A DNA stretch of 64,000 nt, from the NCBI GenBank assembly GCA_036172245.1, contig JAYWIR010000048.1, forward strand, positions 186,001-250,000, written 5' to 3'. Positions within the stretch are counted from its first letter, which is position 1; every line of letters begins with the position of its first letter. Under the pieces are notes generated by a model. That model saw nothing but the letters and a program-made list of their open reading frames with translations. It searched no databases and had not been told where the DNA came from. A program made the translations under genes and the position numbers. Below are positions 62,549 through 64,000 of the stretch, in pieces. The DNA is from Raillietiella orientalis. Taxonomy: Eukaryota.

Positions 62549-62966
62549 CTAATCCATATCTGTGAAATAGGCTTGCAATGGGTGCAGGTAATTCATTACA
62601 GCTAATTTATCAGGTTTGGCAAGCAGAACCATGTCCGAAGGTTCGATCACCTTGGGAATTCCTGTCGATTCAGTAGCTTCAAACGCCTTTTTACAAGTTC
62701 TCTTTTATATCATGAGGATCCAAGTTTGCAAAATCACTAAAGCAAATTCACATGAAATCATGCTGTGAATTATTCAGGCACAACCATGATTTACTGAAGC
62801 ATTCGTAATATCAAAAAAATACTCCAACTCATATCGGATATGGTCGAAAGTGATGGAGAATGGCACAAAAAGCCAAAGCCATATTTGTCACTTTAATCCC
62901 AGAATATTCGTTTGTTATTTCTTGGCACCAGCTCATCAAATCTTCACTTGATGTGTTACGTTGCTT
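62549..62966 (-). pseudogene. EHBP1: Unprocessed pseudogene of an EHBP1-like calponin-homology (type-2 CH) domain
   Basis: Exon 62966-62833: SEDLMSWCQEITNEYSGIKVTNM-ALAFCAILHHFRP (TTSWRNG missing), and the donor reads ATGAGT. Exon from 62736: DFANLDPHDIKEN(+1 T)CKKAFEATESTGIPKVIEPSDMVLLAKPDKLAVMNYL...YFT, then a stop. Confidence 0.8.
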
Positions 62967-64000
62967 CTAAACAAATACAACTTTACACAGTTTTCAGATG
63001 AAACAATCATTCGTTATCTATGTACGCTACAAGAAACGCAGCTGCCGACTTCCAGCTTTCAACTTCATTTTAGATGGGCACTGCCTGCGCCCTGGCATAG
63101 GAAAGCAAGCCCTCACTCCAAACAACACCCAGGCATACCACCCTAGAGAGGCCATGAACAAAATGCATGCAGTCTACAACGAAAAGAAAAAGTCACAGCT
63201 ATGCTATCTGTACTGATGCACTTGAAACGCATCAGCAGGTGCTTGCGCTAGATTCAGCAATCAAACACGGAACCACAGAACAACATGGTAAAAACAAAAA
63301 GAAAAAAAAAGGAAGTGCACATGATAAAACAATTCCAGGAACAGAAGCAGTCTTCCTTTAAACATTCGAAAATCCAGCGATTGTGCTGGCAATTGAGCTG
63401 TTTACCCTCTTTTCTTTTCTTTCTTTTCAAATTTAAACACTCATACTCCCAATTTCAAGTAGCTATGAGTATATATAGCTATTGAGCAGGCAATATCAAA
63501 TTCAATAAGAGGAAGCTTCCCATAGTTTCAGCTACTGATAAGGAAACTTAAGCAAGCGCATCTCAACATGTGAGCGATTTAATCCGTGATCTCAAACAAT
63601 CATGCCTTGTCAACAACTGTCTGATGTAAGAAAATCACTTCCTATGTTCGGAAAATGACCAAAAGTATGGTATGAATTCCATGTTGATCCAAAGAGACTC
63701 ATGATTGACATTCACTTTTAAAGTGTAAAATATAACGCCTGATAATGAAACATTCAGAACAACTTTGCACAGTTAAGTACAAAACTGTACTGTTAAGTGC
63801 AGTTTATTACACAAAGTTCAAACCATTCTGTTTAACAAGATGGAATGCAAGTGAGTTTAATGTATACAAGAAACGAAATAAAAACTAAGATACACTCAAA
63901 AGTTGCCTGGCATCGTTTCAATTACATGAATTATCACACAGATAAATGGAAAACCATGTCAACTTTTAAGTCAGAGTTCAGACCAACTTCGGCCAAAAGG

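Noticed and set aside
1..64000. CRISPR arrays, rRNA, tRNA or prokaryotic operons
   Set aside because: No regularly spaced repeat-spacer array or recognisable structural RNA gene; the sequence is intron-containing eukaryotic DNA.

Overview
Eukaryotic (invertebrate, probably arthropod) genomic DNA with very short (39-50 nt) introns. The AT-rich left arm carries two divergently oriented host genes: the 5' part of a SMURF-type C2/WW/HECT E3 ligase (minus strand) and a complete single-domain LAMP gene (plus strand). From about 16 kb to 61 kb lies a GC-richer, scrambled block. It contains: fragments of Tx1/L1-like non-LTR retrotransposons (gag-like ORF1 with CCHC knuckles, APE endonuclease, RT pieces, zf-RVT ends sharing an AATAAA + CCCGG/CCGGG terminal hairpin); two degenerate NeSL/Utopia-like RT elements; a 1.47-kb inverted duplication; perfect palindromes; orphan host-gene pieces (KATNAL2-like AAA exons, a spondin TSP1 exon, a signal-peptide exon); and a disrupted nucleoprotein gene of a negative-strand RNA virus (EVE) wedged between two retroelements. 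The block also hides a multicopy 3-exon gene family not visible in the ORF track. It encodes a 78-aa protein with an N-terminal hydrophobic anchor and an Arg-rich tail, with two apparently intact copies and several broken paralogs. The right arm has an unprocessed EHBP1-like CH-domain pseudogene. All family assignments come from motif recognition by eye, not database searches.
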